From: Candidatus Aminicenantes bacterium
GTDB taxonomy: Bacteria; Acidobacteriota; Aminicenantia; Aminicenantales; Aminicenantaceae
DNA length: 64,000 nt
NCBI GenBank assembly: GCA_020344415.1
Contig: CP070825.1
Span: 4,221,299-4,285,298, forward strand
Direction: 5' to 3'
In this document: piece after piece, positions 34,156 to 44,167 of the stretch
How the letters are laid out: every line of letters begins with the position of its first letter
Numbering within the stretch: position 1 is the stretch's first letter
Made by a program: the position numbers and the translations under genes
The notes under the pieces: model-generated
Databases searched by the model: none
The model's input: only the letters and a program-made list of their open reading frames with translations
What the model was told of the DNA's origin: nothing

Positions 34156-36777
34156 ATGAAAGTTAAAACACGGTTTATTTTCGCAATTATATTTCTTATT
34201 ACAGGAACTTGTGCCTTTATTCGGGCGCATGAAACGAAGAGTCCTCTCCTTGAATCATGGGAGCAATACTTGAAACTGAAAAAGAATTCAGAGTTCGGCC
34301 TCGAATGGATTTCTCTCGGTCCGGTCATGAATGCGGCAAGGGTTGAAGCTATTCAGTTGGATTCGGCTAAGCCTGGAACAATGTATGTTGCTTTCGGCTC
34401 GGGGAACCTATGGAAAACAACCAACAGCGGCCTGACCTGGAAGCCAATCTTCGAGAACCAATCAGCCCTTGGTATCGGCGACATAGCACTGGCGCCTTCA
34501 AATCCCGATATCATCTGGCTTGGCTCAGGGGAAAGCCTTAAAAAGGCACGCAATTTCACTATGCCGGGCACGGGCGTGTTTCGCTCAAATGATGGAGGTC
34601 AGACTTGGAGAAACGTGGGGCTTCACGATTCTTATCATATTGGCGAGATTACAGTTCATCCGGAAAACCCGGATATTGTATTTGTAGCCGTGCTGGGACA
34701 TTTCTGGTCGACCAATAAAAATCGAGGGCTTTACAGGTCAATAGATGGAGGAGAGACATGGGAACATGTTCTTTATGTTAATGAGCACACTGGAGCTAAT
34801 GACGTTGTTATCGCACCGTCCAATCCAGACATCATCTATGCTTCCATGTGGGAAAACAATCCCGGCATTTACGGAAAAGAAAGCGGCATATATAAAAGTA
34901 CTGATGGCGGTAAAACGTGGGTCAGGTTGATAAAAGGTCTGCCAGAAGGCTCAAAAACAGGCCGAATCGGATTGGCTGTTTCCTGGTCCAATCCTGACAA
35001 AGTTTATGCCCTGGTTGACAACCTGAACAAAGATAGAAATACCGCTTCAGAGGTATACCGTACCCTTGATGGCGGAGAAAGCTGGGAAAGAACCCACAAG
35101 TCCGAACTCTATATTTTCCCTGGAATTGGATGGTATTTTGCCGACTGTTATGTAAATCCCCAGAACGATGAAGAGGTCTTTGCACTGGGAGTCAGGATGG
35201 CGCATAGTACAGATGGGGGTAAAACATTCAGGTTGATCGGTGGAGATATATTTCACTTCTTTCCCAACCCGGCCGATTTCCTGCATCTCGACCATTGTGA
35301 GCTCTGGATCAATCCCCTTAACCCCAGCCATCTGGCCCTTGGGAATGATGGGGGCTTCTATGTGAGTTATGACAAGGGGGAATCCTGGATGCATTACAAT
35401 AACATTCCGGCCGGGGAATTCTATGACATTTCTGTTGATAATCAGGATCCCTATTATGTATATGGAGGGGTTCAGGATGATTCATCCGTGTTTGGCTTGG
35501 CAAGAGAATGGAATCCCAAATACCCTGATGGATGGAAGTATGTCTGGCTCGATGCGTGGGCAGGAGGCGACGGATGTTTTACGCTGCCCGACCCAGAGGA
35601 CTCGAATACGGTCTATTTCTCAATGCAGTACGGAGCAGTAAGACGCAAGGATATGCGGAAGGACCGTTCTGTGAGGATTCGCCCCCAGTTACCCAAAGAG
35701 CATCCAGGAAGATTGGCTTATACCTTTGTAACTCCTTATTTTATTTCTCCTCACAATCGTCTGACACTCTATCATGCTGCGAACTACGTTTTTAAAAGCC
35801 TGAACAGGGGAGACTCTTGGAATCTGGTCAGTCCTGACCTGTCAAAGTCTTCACACAAAGAGAAAACATCCAGGGCAATCGGCGCCATAGCCGAATCTCC
35901 CATGAAGCCAGGTCTTCTATATGCAGGGACCGATAGAGGCGCCTTCTGGGTCACCCAGAATGACGGAATTGAATGGACAGAGCATTCCGAAGGACTTCCG
36001 AACAGATATATCAGGTTCATCTGCCCTTCCCGTTTCAGTCAATCGAGGGTTTATACTGCTGTCACGGGCATCAATGATGATGATCTGAATAATTATATTT
36101 TTATGTCAGAGGATTATGGGAAAACCTGGAAGTCGATCACCTCCAACCTCCCCAATGAAGTCGCATATGTCATTCTGGAAGACCCCTTGAAGGAAAACAT
36201 TCTTTATGCGGGCATGTACAGAGGGGTCTATGTATCTGTGGACTGTGGGCAAAGCTGGTCTTTGCTGGGACCCAGCTTGGCAGCTACTTGTATTTCTGAC
36301 CTGGTTATCCAGGAGAGGGAAATGGACCTTGTAGTTGGGACTCATGGCAGAGGAATCTACAAAATGAATATCAGCCCCATACAGGAGGCATTTAAAAATG
36401 GCAATCCCCAGAGCCATATCCTCTTTAAGACGCCTGTCGCGCGCCTCCCCTGGATCAACGATACCCACCGTGACCCGAGATACAGCACAGTGGAGAAAGT
36501 TCCGATCACTTTTTATCTTATGAATGAGGCCGTGGTTACCCTCAATGTGAAAGACAAGAAGGGCAGGATTGTTTGGTCCCGTAACCTCGAAGCCCAGAGA
36601 GGATTCAATCAAGTCAGATGGGACCTGATAACAAAGAAAGTGGATAGTCCGCGACCATATTTTGTCAATTATTATAGATTTGCCAGTCCAGGGATTTATG
36701 AGATTCAGGTTAGCGGGGAGGGAATCGACCTGAAAGGCGGACTGAGTATTATCCACCGCGAGTCGCCGGATCTTTAA
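34156..36777 (+). CDS. Exported BNR/Asp-box repeat beta-propeller protein (sortilin/VPS10 or GH74-like fold)
   Basis: At least eight S-x-D-x-G-x-(T/S)-W boxes: SNDGGQTW, SIDGGETW, STDGGKTW, TLDGGESW, STDGGKTF, SYDKGESW, SEDYGKTW, SVDCGQSW. Signal peptide present. Confidence 0.8.
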   Translation: MKVKTRFIFAIIFLITGTCAFIRAHETKSPLLESWEQYLKLKKNSEFGLEWISLGPVMNAARVEAIQLDSAKPGTMYVAFGSGNLWKTTNSGLTWKPIFENQSALGIGDIALAPSNPDIIWLGSGESLKKARNFTMPGTGVFRSNDGGQTWRNVGLHDSYHIGEITVHPENPDIVFVAVLGHFWSTNKNRGLYRSIDGGETWEHVLYVNEHTGANDVVIAPSNPDIIYASMWENNPGIYGKESGIYKSTDGGKTWVRLIKGLPEGSKTGRIGLAVSWSNPDKVYALVDNLNKDRNTASEVYRTLDGGESWERTHKSELYIFPGIGWYFADCYVNPQNDEEVFALGVRMAHSTDGGKTFRLIGGDIFHFFPNPADFLHLDHCELWINPLNPSHLALGNDGGFYVSYDKGESWMHYNNIPAGEFYDISVDNQDPYYVYGGVQDDSSVFGLAREWNPKYPDGWKYVWLDAWAGGDGCFTLPDPEDSNTVYFSMQYGAVRRKDMRKDRSVRIRPQLPKEHPGRLAYTFVTPYFISPHNRLTLYHAANYVFKSLNRGDSWNLVSPDLSKSSHKEKTSRAIGAIAESPMKPGLLYAGTDRGAFWVTQNDGIEWTEHSEGLPNRYIRFICPSRFSQSRVYTAVTGINDDDLNNYIFMSEDYGKTWKSITSNLPNEVAYVILEDPLKENILYAGMYRGVYVSVDCGQSWSLLGPSLAATCISDLVIQEREMDLVVGTHGRGIYKMNISPIQEAFKNGNPQSHILFKTPVARLPWINDTHRDPRYSTVEKVPITFYLMNEAVVTLNVKDKKGRIVWSRNLEAQRGFNQVRWDLITKKVDSPRPYFVNYYRFASPGIYEIQVSGEGIDLKGGLSIIHRESPDL

Positions 36778-36908
36778 ATCGTAAAACCGCTGGTCAGACA
36801 GCAGCTCTGTGCTATAATAACTATTTTAGGTTCTCGGAACAAAAAAGGATGTGAAAGCGGTTCCATTCATGATTAATGATTGGCAAGATTGGTTAAAGGA
36901 GGAATAGA

Positions 36909-37445
36909 ATGAAATCTTTAAGTGTCTTCTGCTTTTTCTGTTTGTTTCTCTTATTAGTGGTTTCTGCGTCCACTGTGGCCAGTGATAAGAATGCCGCTGA
37001 TGATGATGTCTTTGTGAATCCTGAGAGCTTAGTGCGAGGTCTGTATGCGGCTGTAACCTTTGATCCTGGAACAACGCCTGACTGGGATTATGTGAGGAAA
37101 TTCTTCATCCCTGAGGCAGTTTTTGCGATGAGGAAGACTCGAACTTCCATGGCAGTTATGAACGTCGAGGAGTTTGTGGGGTGGTTCGAAGCCGACGTGG
37201 AAAAGTACAACATGAAAGAGAGAGGATTCGAGGAAATCATTCAGAAAATGAAGACAACAGTGTTTGGTCATACGGCTCATTGCTTTGTGGTTTATAAAGT
37301 GAGATTTAAGACGCCCGCAGACCTTCCAGGCCAGCTCGGAATGGATAGTTTTGGTTTGATGAAGAAAGACGGGCGCTGGTGGATCGTATCAGTAACGAAC
37401 GATATTGTGACGCCACAGAATCCGCTTCCAGAAGAATTGAGGTAG
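36909..37445 (+). CDS. Secreted small alpha+beta (NTF2/SnoaL-like) protein, unknown function
   Basis: Signal peptide. The C-terminal GRWWIVSVTND resembles the NTF2-like cone terminus. RBS AAGGAGG. Confidence 0.5.
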   Translation: MKSLSVFCFFCLFLLLVVSASTVASDKNAADDDVFVNPESLVRGLYAAVTFDPGTTPDWDYVRKFFIPEAVFAMRKTRTSMAVMNVEEFVGWFEADVEKYNMKERGFEEIIQKMKTTVFGHTAHCFVVYKVRFKTPADLPGQLGMDSFGLMKKDGRWWIVSVTNDIVTPQNPLPEELR

Positions 37446-37512
37446 TCTGCACGTTTTAATCTTGAACCCGAGAGATGATAATCAATCATCCAAGGAGGAA
37501 AGGAAGTAAAAA

Positions 37513-38664
37513 TTGATAGAAAAGAAAGAATCAAGAATTTTGAATCTCCTGTTCGGAATGCAAAATCCTGTAATGATCCTGCCCGGAGTGGCTCTTGCTG
37601 TCTTAATCACATTAGTAGGATTCCAGTCGACAAAGTGGATAGCTTTAGTTCTAGACCTAGAAAAAAGCCCCATCAGCGCTATAATGATGGCAATCTTATT
37701 GGGAGTACTGGTCAAGAACACAATCGGTGTTCATCGAGATTTACAACCCGGCGTGAGCTTTGGCCTCAAGAAGCTGCTCAGATTAGGGATTATACTAATG
37801 GGAATCCGGCTCAGCATATTTGAAGTACTAAAAATAGGGGCGCTCAGCACAGTAATCATCATTGTCTGCATAGCATCAGGAATCTTTTTGGTCCTTTTTG
37901 TCACGAAGAAACTTGCCCTTCCAGAGAGGTTGGGGATACTGATAGGAGTGGGTACAGGGATCTGTGGTGCAAGCGCCATAGTAGCCACAGGTCCTGCCAT
38001 CAAAGCCAAAGAGGAAGAGATAGCTTATGCAGTGGGGATAATTACGATATTCGGAATAGCGGCCATGTTTTTCTATCCCTATTTGAGTCATCTGGTGTTG
38101 TCACTATCCCATGTAGAGTCAGGGATATTCATGGGGACATCCATCCATGAAACGGCTCAGGTGGCGGGTGCCGGGATCATGTACGATCACCTATGGATTG
38201 GTGCTGACTCAACGATAAATCCGACGGGCGCGGATGTTGCTATCGTGACAAAACTTGTGCGCAATGCGTTCCTGGCTGTTGTTATTCCTTTGATGGCTTA
38301 TATCTATATTAGAAGGAAAAAGGAGGAGTCTAAAAAAACCATCAGCGTTTTCTCTCTGTTTCCAGCTTTTATCCTTGGTTTTATTGCTCTGGCCGTTTTT
38401 CGTTCCGTCGGTGACTTTGCAATAGTCAACAAGAATCTCCTGTGGAATTCAGAAGGCTGGAGTTTCTTTTGTTCTTTAATCAAACAATGGGCGGGATATT
38501 TTCTTGCGGTTGCTATGGCTGGTGTTGGCCTCGGAACAGATATCAAGAAATTGAAGCAATTGGGAGTCAAACCCTTTTTGGCAGGGCTGTGCGCCGCTCT
38601 TTCAGTAGGAATAATGAGTTTTGTATTGATAAAGATTTTTGCGTCTTTTCTGGCTGCAATATAG
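37513..38664 (+). CDS. YeiH/UPF0324 family membrane protein (putative sulfate exporter family)
   Basis: About 10 TM helices. GVGTGICGASAIVA and SIHETAQVAGAG motifs are typical of YeiH. Confidence 0.8.
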   Translation: MIEKKESRILNLLFGMQNPVMILPGVALAVLITLVGFQSTKWIALVLDLEKSPISAIMMAILLGVLVKNTIGVHRDLQPGVSFGLKKLLRLGIILMGIRLSIFEVLKIGALSTVIIIVCIASGIFLVLFVTKKLALPERLGILIGVGTGICGASAIVATGPAIKAKEEEIAYAVGIITIFGIAAMFFYPYLSHLVLSLSHVESGIFMGTSIHETAQVAGAGIMYDHLWIGADSTINPTGADVAIVTKLVRNAFLAVVIPLMAYIYIRRKKEESKKTISVFSLFPAFILGFIALAVFRSVGDFAIVNKNLLWNSEGWSFFCSLIKQWAGYFLAVAMAGVGLGTDIKKLKQLGVKPFLAGLCAALSVGIMSFVLIKIFASFLAAI

Positions 38665-38686
38665 TCAGCAAAGAGAGAGAGGATAG

Positions 38687-40474
38687 ATGCGAAATAGACT
38701 GAGATTCGGAGCTGGAATTATCATCGTGTTCTTATGGACGGCATTTGCTTTTTCTCAGGAAGCGCCCCCAGATCAAATTATCCAGGTCCAAAGCCTGGTA
38801 TCTCTTGATAAGGTATATCCTGGCAGCAGATTTGAACTGGCTATTGTTGTAGATGTTGCGCCTGGCTGGCACATTAACAGCAAAGAACCTTTGGACGAAT
38901 TCTTAGTGCCTTCAGAGATTGTTTTTGATGAGAAAGAGGCTATAGCATATGGCGAAGTCATCTATCCGGATCACATCCTTCAAAAATTTGCTTTTTCAGA
39001 GAGTGAAGTATCTGTTTATGAGGGGAAGGTAGTATTTGGAATAAGAGTGACTCTGCCAGCGGATTTCCCCTTGGGAGCTACCGTTGTATCGGGGAGGCTC
39101 ATATATCAAGCGTGCGATGACCAGAGCTGTTTGCCTCCCGCTGAGATTTCAATCGAGATCCCGGTTAAAGTAGTGGGGCTCTCTGAGCCAGTCAACGCAA
39201 TAAACCAGGAGATTTTTTCCAAGATTGACTTTAGCACAGCAGAGATTGAAGTTCCTGAAGAAAGCGAACTCGCTCGATTCATTCAAGAGAAAGGCATGTT
39301 TGTGGCATTTTTCTTTATATTCCTCGGGGGATTGGCGCTGAATCTGACTCCGTGTATCTATCCCCTCATTCCCATTACGATCAGCTATTTTGGTGGTCAG
39401 AGTCAGGGAAAATCAGGAAAGACTTTTATATTGGCCTTGTTTTATGTGCTGGGTATTGCCACTACATACTCAATTCTCGGTGTTATTGCTGCATCAACAG
39501 GCAGCATGTTAGGAGCTGCCCTGCAGAATCCTTTGGTTTTGATTTTTATAGCTGGAGTTTTAGGTGCTCTGGCGCTGGGCATGTTCGGAGTCTACGAGAT
39601 TCGCCTTCCTTCCTTTCTTGCCAACTTTGGCGGTGCGAGCAAGAAAGGCTATGGGGGAGCGCTTTTCATGGGACTCACAGTGGGCATAGTGGCTGCTCCT
39701 TGCATAGGGCCTTTCGTTTTAGGCTTGTTAACATATGTGGCAGCCACAGGTAATCCTTTCCTGGGATTTTGGATGTTTTTCACACTGGCGTTGGGATTGG
39801 GTGTGCCTTTTCTGATTCTCGGGACATTTTCCGGATCTATCAACCGTCTCCCGCGCTCAGGCGTATGGATGGTTTGGGTGAGGAAGATATTCGGCTTTGT
39901 TTTGATCGGCATGGCAATTTACTTCCTGAGGACTTTGATTCCTCAAGCAGTGTATCCCTTTCTTTTGCCTATCCTTGCCCTTATTGCAGGTGTCTATCTG
40001 GGTTGGGTAGAAAAATCAGAAGCTGTGACCATGGCTTTTCGATGGGTTAGGAATGTCGTAGGGATTCTGTTTATTGCGCTCAGCATCTGGCTTTTTATCC
40101 CTAAAGCCGAAGCCGAGACCATTCAGTGGCAGCCGTATAGTGAAGAGTTCTTAACAGAAGCCCATCAAACAGAAAAGCCTGTTGTAATCGATTTCTCTGC
40201 TGAGTGGTGCTTGCCTTGTAAAGAACTGGACAAGCACACCTTTTCCGACTCAGAGGTTATCAAACTTTCTCGAGGCTTTATTCGCCTTAAAGCGGATTTA
40301 ACCAAATCAGGAGATGACTCTGTGAAAGAGTTGAGAGAGAAGTTTGGTATTATCGGCGTTCCCACTATTGTTTTTATCGATTCCCAAGGAGCAGAAGCAA
40401 AGGAATTGAGAGTGACAGGGTTTATGGAGGCAAAGGAATTTTTGGAAAGAATGAAGAAAGTGATTGATGAATGA
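38687..40474 (+). CDS. dsbD: Thiol:disulfide interchange protein DsbD (N-terminal DsbD-alpha, CcdA-type membrane core, C-terminal thioredoxin)
   Basis: YQACDDQSCLPP (alpha domain), LNLTPCIYPLIP and AAPCIGPF (membrane Cys pair), WCLPCKELD (thioredoxin CxxC). Confidence 0.9.
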   Translation: MRNRLRFGAGIIIVFLWTAFAFSQEAPPDQIIQVQSLVSLDKVYPGSRFELAIVVDVAPGWHINSKEPLDEFLVPSEIVFDEKEAIAYGEVIYPDHILQKFAFSESEVSVYEGKVVFGIRVTLPADFPLGATVVSGRLIYQACDDQSCLPPAEISIEIPVKVVGLSEPVNAINQEIFSKIDFSTAEIEVPEESELARFIQEKGMFVAFFFIFLGGLALNLTPCIYPLIPITISYFGGQSQGKSGKTFILALFYVLGIATTYSILGVIAASTGSMLGAALQNPLVLIFIAGVLGALALGMFGVYEIRLPSFLANFGGASKKGYGGALFMGLTVGIVAAPCIGPFVLGLLTYVAATGNPFLGFWMFFTLALGLGVPFLILGTFSGSINRLPRSGVWMVWVRKIFGFVLIGMAIYFLRTLIPQAVYPFLLPILALIAGVYLGWVEKSEAVTMAFRWVRNVVGILFIALSIWLFIPKAEAETIQWQPYSEEFLTEAHQTEKPVVIDFSAEWCLPCKELDKHTFSDSEVIKLSRGFIRLKADLTKSGDDSVKELREKFGIIGVPTIVFIDSQGAEAKELRVTGFMEAKEFLERMKKVIDE

Positions 40475-40572
40475 AATGGGGAGCGTTATAGCCCGGGTGA
40501 CCTGGTTGAAGATTTTCCTGCTTACTTCTATCTAATCCTGTAATCTTAAAGAATTTTGTAGCAGGGGAAATA

Positions 40573-42072
40573 TTATTCCGTAATCCTGAAGGGGGGCATC
40601 TTCATCGATTCAGTACATGAGACATCCAGGTTTCTGACAGAGCCCGTTTCCAGAAACTGTTGCTGGATGGTTCTGATACATTCTCCTCCAAGGCCGTGCA
40701 CTCCTGGAACAACGAGGTGAAGGCTGTTGGGTAAGTGGCTTGCGGCCTCTTTTCCCCAGCGGGGTGGAGTCACAGGATCTAGAGTTCCAGAAAATAGCAA
40801 AACATGCACATCCACACTTACGGGGTCACCGTAGTTTCTCGGAATGTCGGATTTGGGCCAGAACTCGCACGTAGCTTTCTGCCGGCGCACACGGCCATCT
40901 CCGAGAAATGTCCCTCCTGTGATTTCCACAATTTCTTCCTCGCTGATCCGGGCAAGGTCTTCGGCACAGGTTACACAGAGCAGCATACCCACTGCCAGGT
41001 GCCTGAGGATGCCCCGATTGCTCTGCATTCCGAGCTGGGCAAACGGTTCGTAATCTCCTTCGAATGCCCGATGAATCAGATAGGGAATTCGGCGGTTGTA
41101 TGACATAGAGTACATCATCGTCCGGACCGCTTCGGCAAATGCTGCCCGGCTCAACTTGACAGGAACTCGTTCTTTGGTGACGGGGTGGGTAATTGTCACT
41201 TCGGCAGGTTCATTTTCCAGCCGTTCTATGATGATCTGAAATTCATCTTCGAGGTTTGGAAAAGCGGCATGGCAGTCAGGGTCATTAGCACATTCGGCAA
41301 ACAGAAGTCGGATGGCCTCTTGGGCAGCCGGCGCATGAAAAAGAGGGTTTTTAAATGCGATAGGGGCGATCCCAGTCAAAATTGCAGTTCGGACAGTTTC
41401 TGGATGACGCCTCATATAAACGAGAGCTGCTCTTGTTCCGTAAGACCCTCCAATCACGTTGATTTTGTCATAGCCGAGTGCCAAGCGGACTTCGTTCAAA
41501 TCATCCGCAGCCATAGATGTGGAATATTTTGTCAGGTCGAAATTCTTTTTCAACTCTTCAAGACAGGCGCGGAAGGCCTCCGCATCGAATAACGGGTCCA
41601 GATATCCCTGGATGTTGGAGTCATTTGCGGGTAATTCACAGTCAAGCTTGTTGTCGCCACCTGTACCTCGCTGGCTGACAAGGACGATATCGCGCTCTCC
41701 GCGCATCCGGGATTCTTTATACATCATTGTTCCTTTGGTTGCATCTTCTCCTGGTCCCCCTGAGAGAGGAAAAATCGGATCTGGTTTCGGATCTGATCCA
41801 GTGGCGTGCAGGACGACCACATCGAGTTTGATCATCCTTCCTTCCTGAGCCTTGCGGTCTTCAAAGACCGAAAAGGTTCCTCTTGAAACTTTGGTATTAG
41901 ACTCGGAATCTACCTCAGTTTGAATAACAAGTCGAGACTTGAGCGTTTCTATATCAACAGGAGGGGATTTCTCAACCTTTTGTTCTGGTTTCGAGCACAG
42001 GTTAAAAAGACATACCGCACAAATTATCAGCGCGGCACCAATGATTGAGAGGCGTTTGCTTCTATTTTCCAC
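40573..42072 (-). CDS. S33 alpha/beta-hydrolase, tripeptidyl-aminopeptidase (TAP)-like lipoprotein
   Basis: The GTG at 42072 gives VENRSKRLSIIGAALIICAVCLFNLCSK, which has a lipobox. The 42 aa added by the longer ORF (to 42198) look non-coding. GGSYGT is the nucleophile elbow. LLFSGTLDPVTP is a TAP-like C-terminal motif. Confidence 0.8.
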   Translation of the reverse strand: MENRSKRLSIIGAALIICAVCLFNLCSKPEQKVEKSPPVDIETLKSRLVIQTEVDSESNTKVSRGTFSVFEDRKAQEGRMIKLDVVVLHATGSDPKPDPIFPLSGGPGEDATKGTMMYKESRMRGERDIVLVSQRGTGGDNKLDCELPANDSNIQGYLDPLFDAEAFRACLEELKKNFDLTKYSTSMAADDLNEVRLALGYDKINVIGGSYGTRAALVYMRRHPETVRTAILTGIAPIAFKNPLFHAPAAQEAIRLLFAECANDPDCHAAFPNLEDEFQIIIERLENEPAEVTITHPVTKERVPVKLSRAAFAEAVRTMMYSMSYNRRIPYLIHRAFEGDYEPFAQLGMQSNRGILRHLAVGMLLCVTCAEDLARISEEEIVEITGGTFLGDGRVRRQKATCEFWPKSDIPRNYGDPVSVDVHVLLFSGTLDPVTPPRWGKEAASHLPNSLHLVVPGVHGLGGECIRTIQQQFLETGSVRNLDVSCTESMKMPPFRITE

Positions 42073-42444
42073 AGTGCTTCCCTTATACCAAAGAAGCACG
42101 TAAGGAACAATACCCCTCTTTCTATTAATTGGGCAGCAAGGAAAATCTGAACAGATAATAGAAAAACCGAAGCATCTCCAAATCCGTGATGACAGCATGA
42201 TTTTGGAAATTCCTTTACTCCGTTCAGATTTTTCACGCCATTCCCTTACTGTCCTTCTCCTAAGATATGCGAAGGGTAGTGGGTGAAAAAAACCGTTTAA
42301 AGCCTGAAACCGAGCAGCTTTTTACTCGCTGGGGCAAAAGCTACGTGTTTTCAGAGTCTACTGGCCTGAGCTTTTTCCAGCGCAATCAAAGAGGAAATTC
42401 CCATCGAAAATAATATCTATATTGTGCTGCAGACTAAACGGTTT

Positions 42445-43770
42445 TTAGAGCGTGAGAGTTTGATGAGCCATCACCAGAAGCCCTTGGATGGGAATCCCAT
42501 GCGGACAGCTCTGCTCGCAGAAGCCGGCACAATCCGTGCATAATCCGGCGTTTTTTCCGGTGAGAGAGGCGTATTTACTTAGAGCGTGTTTTTCTCTTCC
42601 CTGCGCGCTGAAGTAGTGGTCATAACGCATGATTGTGTTGACCGGGATTCCATGTGGACAGGCTGATTCGCACTCACCGCAGGCATGCCGGCAGTACAAT
42701 TGTCCGAAAGTGCTATTGTATTCAGCCAGCATTTCGCTTTCGGTTGGTTTGAGTCTCTGTCCAGAGAGGGCCACATAGTTTTCAAGCTCTTCGTGCGTAT
42801 TAATCGTAGGGCATACTGCATGGACGTCAGGATTGCTCAGGCAGAATTTGATAGCGGCGTCGCGGACCATAGCGTTACTCGTAAGGTCGTATTTTTTTTT
42901 GAATACTTCAGCTTTTGCGGCATGGGCTTCATACTCCTCTATCATTTTTACGTACACTTCGGGAATTTTCCTTCCCTTCTCCTTGGCCTGGTCAAACATT
43001 GCCTTGATATCGTTGTAAAATCTCACCGGGTTTGTCTTCATCAGAGTAGTTCCCATTTTCTTATCTTTACATGCTTTCAGGATCTTCTCGCCCTGTTCTT
43101 TCTGGATAAAGTTATAGACAAAGAGCACGACATCTAACCGCCCATCTTCAGCAGCGGCCAGGACAACCTTTTCCATTGGATCTTTGGCTGGCCCGGCGAG
43201 CCTGTGTTCCAATCCATGGCTGGAAAGGCCGGTATAGCGGACTTTTCCCTCAGCCTTGAGTTCCCTGATGGCTTCATGGTAGGGCTCGTGCTTAACCTGA
43301 TCAGCAGTGGGGGTCATGTGGATCATCAGGCAATCGACATAATCCAGTTGAAGTCTTTCCAGGCATCTGAGAGCTCTTGCTTTTAGACCTTCTTTATCCC
43401 GTTTCCCCATAAATAGGTTCAACTTCGTTGTAATGAACACAGACTTTCGATCTCTAGTCTTCATGACCTGTCCGATGGTGCGTTCTGAATTGCCTCTGCC
43501 GTAATGTTCGGCTGTGTCGATGTAGTTGATCCCCATATCCAGAGCCGCTTCCAGCAGTGCGGTGTCGTTCAGATTTCCTGCTCCAAGACTGATGTCAGAG
43601 ACTTTAAAACCGGTGCGTCCCAGAGTCCGGTATTCCCTGATCTTAGGTTTATCAGCCGATTCCGTTTGGGCATCACCATACAGTTTATTCTTACCCAAGA
43701 TTCCAAAACCGGTCATAGCCGCAAGTGAACTTCCGATAAACCCACGTCTGCTGATTCCTCGTTTATTCAT
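42445..43770 (-). CDS. Twin-arginine-exported aldo/keto reductase fused to a C-terminal 2x[4Fe-4S]-type Cys module
   Basis: The ATG at 43770 lies 5 nt after AAGGAG. MNKRGISRRGFIGSS is a Tat motif. INYIDTAEHYGRGNSE is the AKR signature. CRHACGECESACPHGIP and CTDCAGFCEQSCPHGIP are the Cys modules. Confidence 0.8.
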   Translation of the reverse strand: MNKRGISRRGFIGSSLAAMTGFGILGKNKLYGDAQTESADKPKIREYRTLGRTGFKVSDISLGAGNLNDTALLEAALDMGINYIDTAEHYGRGNSERTIGQVMKTRDRKSVFITTKLNLFMGKRDKEGLKARALRCLERLQLDYVDCLMIHMTPTADQVKHEPYHEAIRELKAEGKVRYTGLSSHGLEHRLAGPAKDPMEKVVLAAAEDGRLDVVLFVYNFIQKEQGEKILKACKDKKMGTTLMKTNPVRFYNDIKAMFDQAKEKGRKIPEVYVKMIEEYEAHAAKAEVFKKKYDLTSNAMVRDAAIKFCLSNPDVHAVCPTINTHEELENYVALSGQRLKPTESEMLAEYNSTFGQLYCRHACGECESACPHGIPVNTIMRYDHYFSAQGREKHALSKYASLTGKNAGLCTDCAGFCEQSCPHGIPIQGLLVMAHQTLTL

Positions 43771-44167
43771 TAATTCTCCTTTCATGATTCCTTCGTCCCA
43801 ATCTTTTAAAATATCTTATTTCTATATACGAATTCAATAGAGAAAATGTTTTGAGAAATCGCTAAATACTTTTCTCGCCTATTGAGGGGAGATAGAGGCG
43901 CAAATAAATCATTGAAAAATAACCCCCCGATTCATCTCAAAAGGCGATTGACCCTGCTCTGGCAAATATACAGAATTTATATGAATTTTTTTCCGATAAA
44001 CTATTGCTTGTGTCTTTGCACAGGCAAGAAATGACTGACATTAATCGTCATTTCAAAACCTGTAAATAGCAGGTCGAAGGAAGCTTAGCTTCTATGCGGG
44101 TATCTGAGTGAAACTCAGCAGGCTAAGATTTAAGGTTACTTAAGCGTTTTAGAGGCAGGAGACCCAT

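Noticed and set aside
43786-44167. Long leader upstream of the rhomboid gene, considered as a riboswitch
   Set aside because: It contains hairpins but matches no riboswitch consensus I recognise. It is mentioned only as context in the rhomboid finding.
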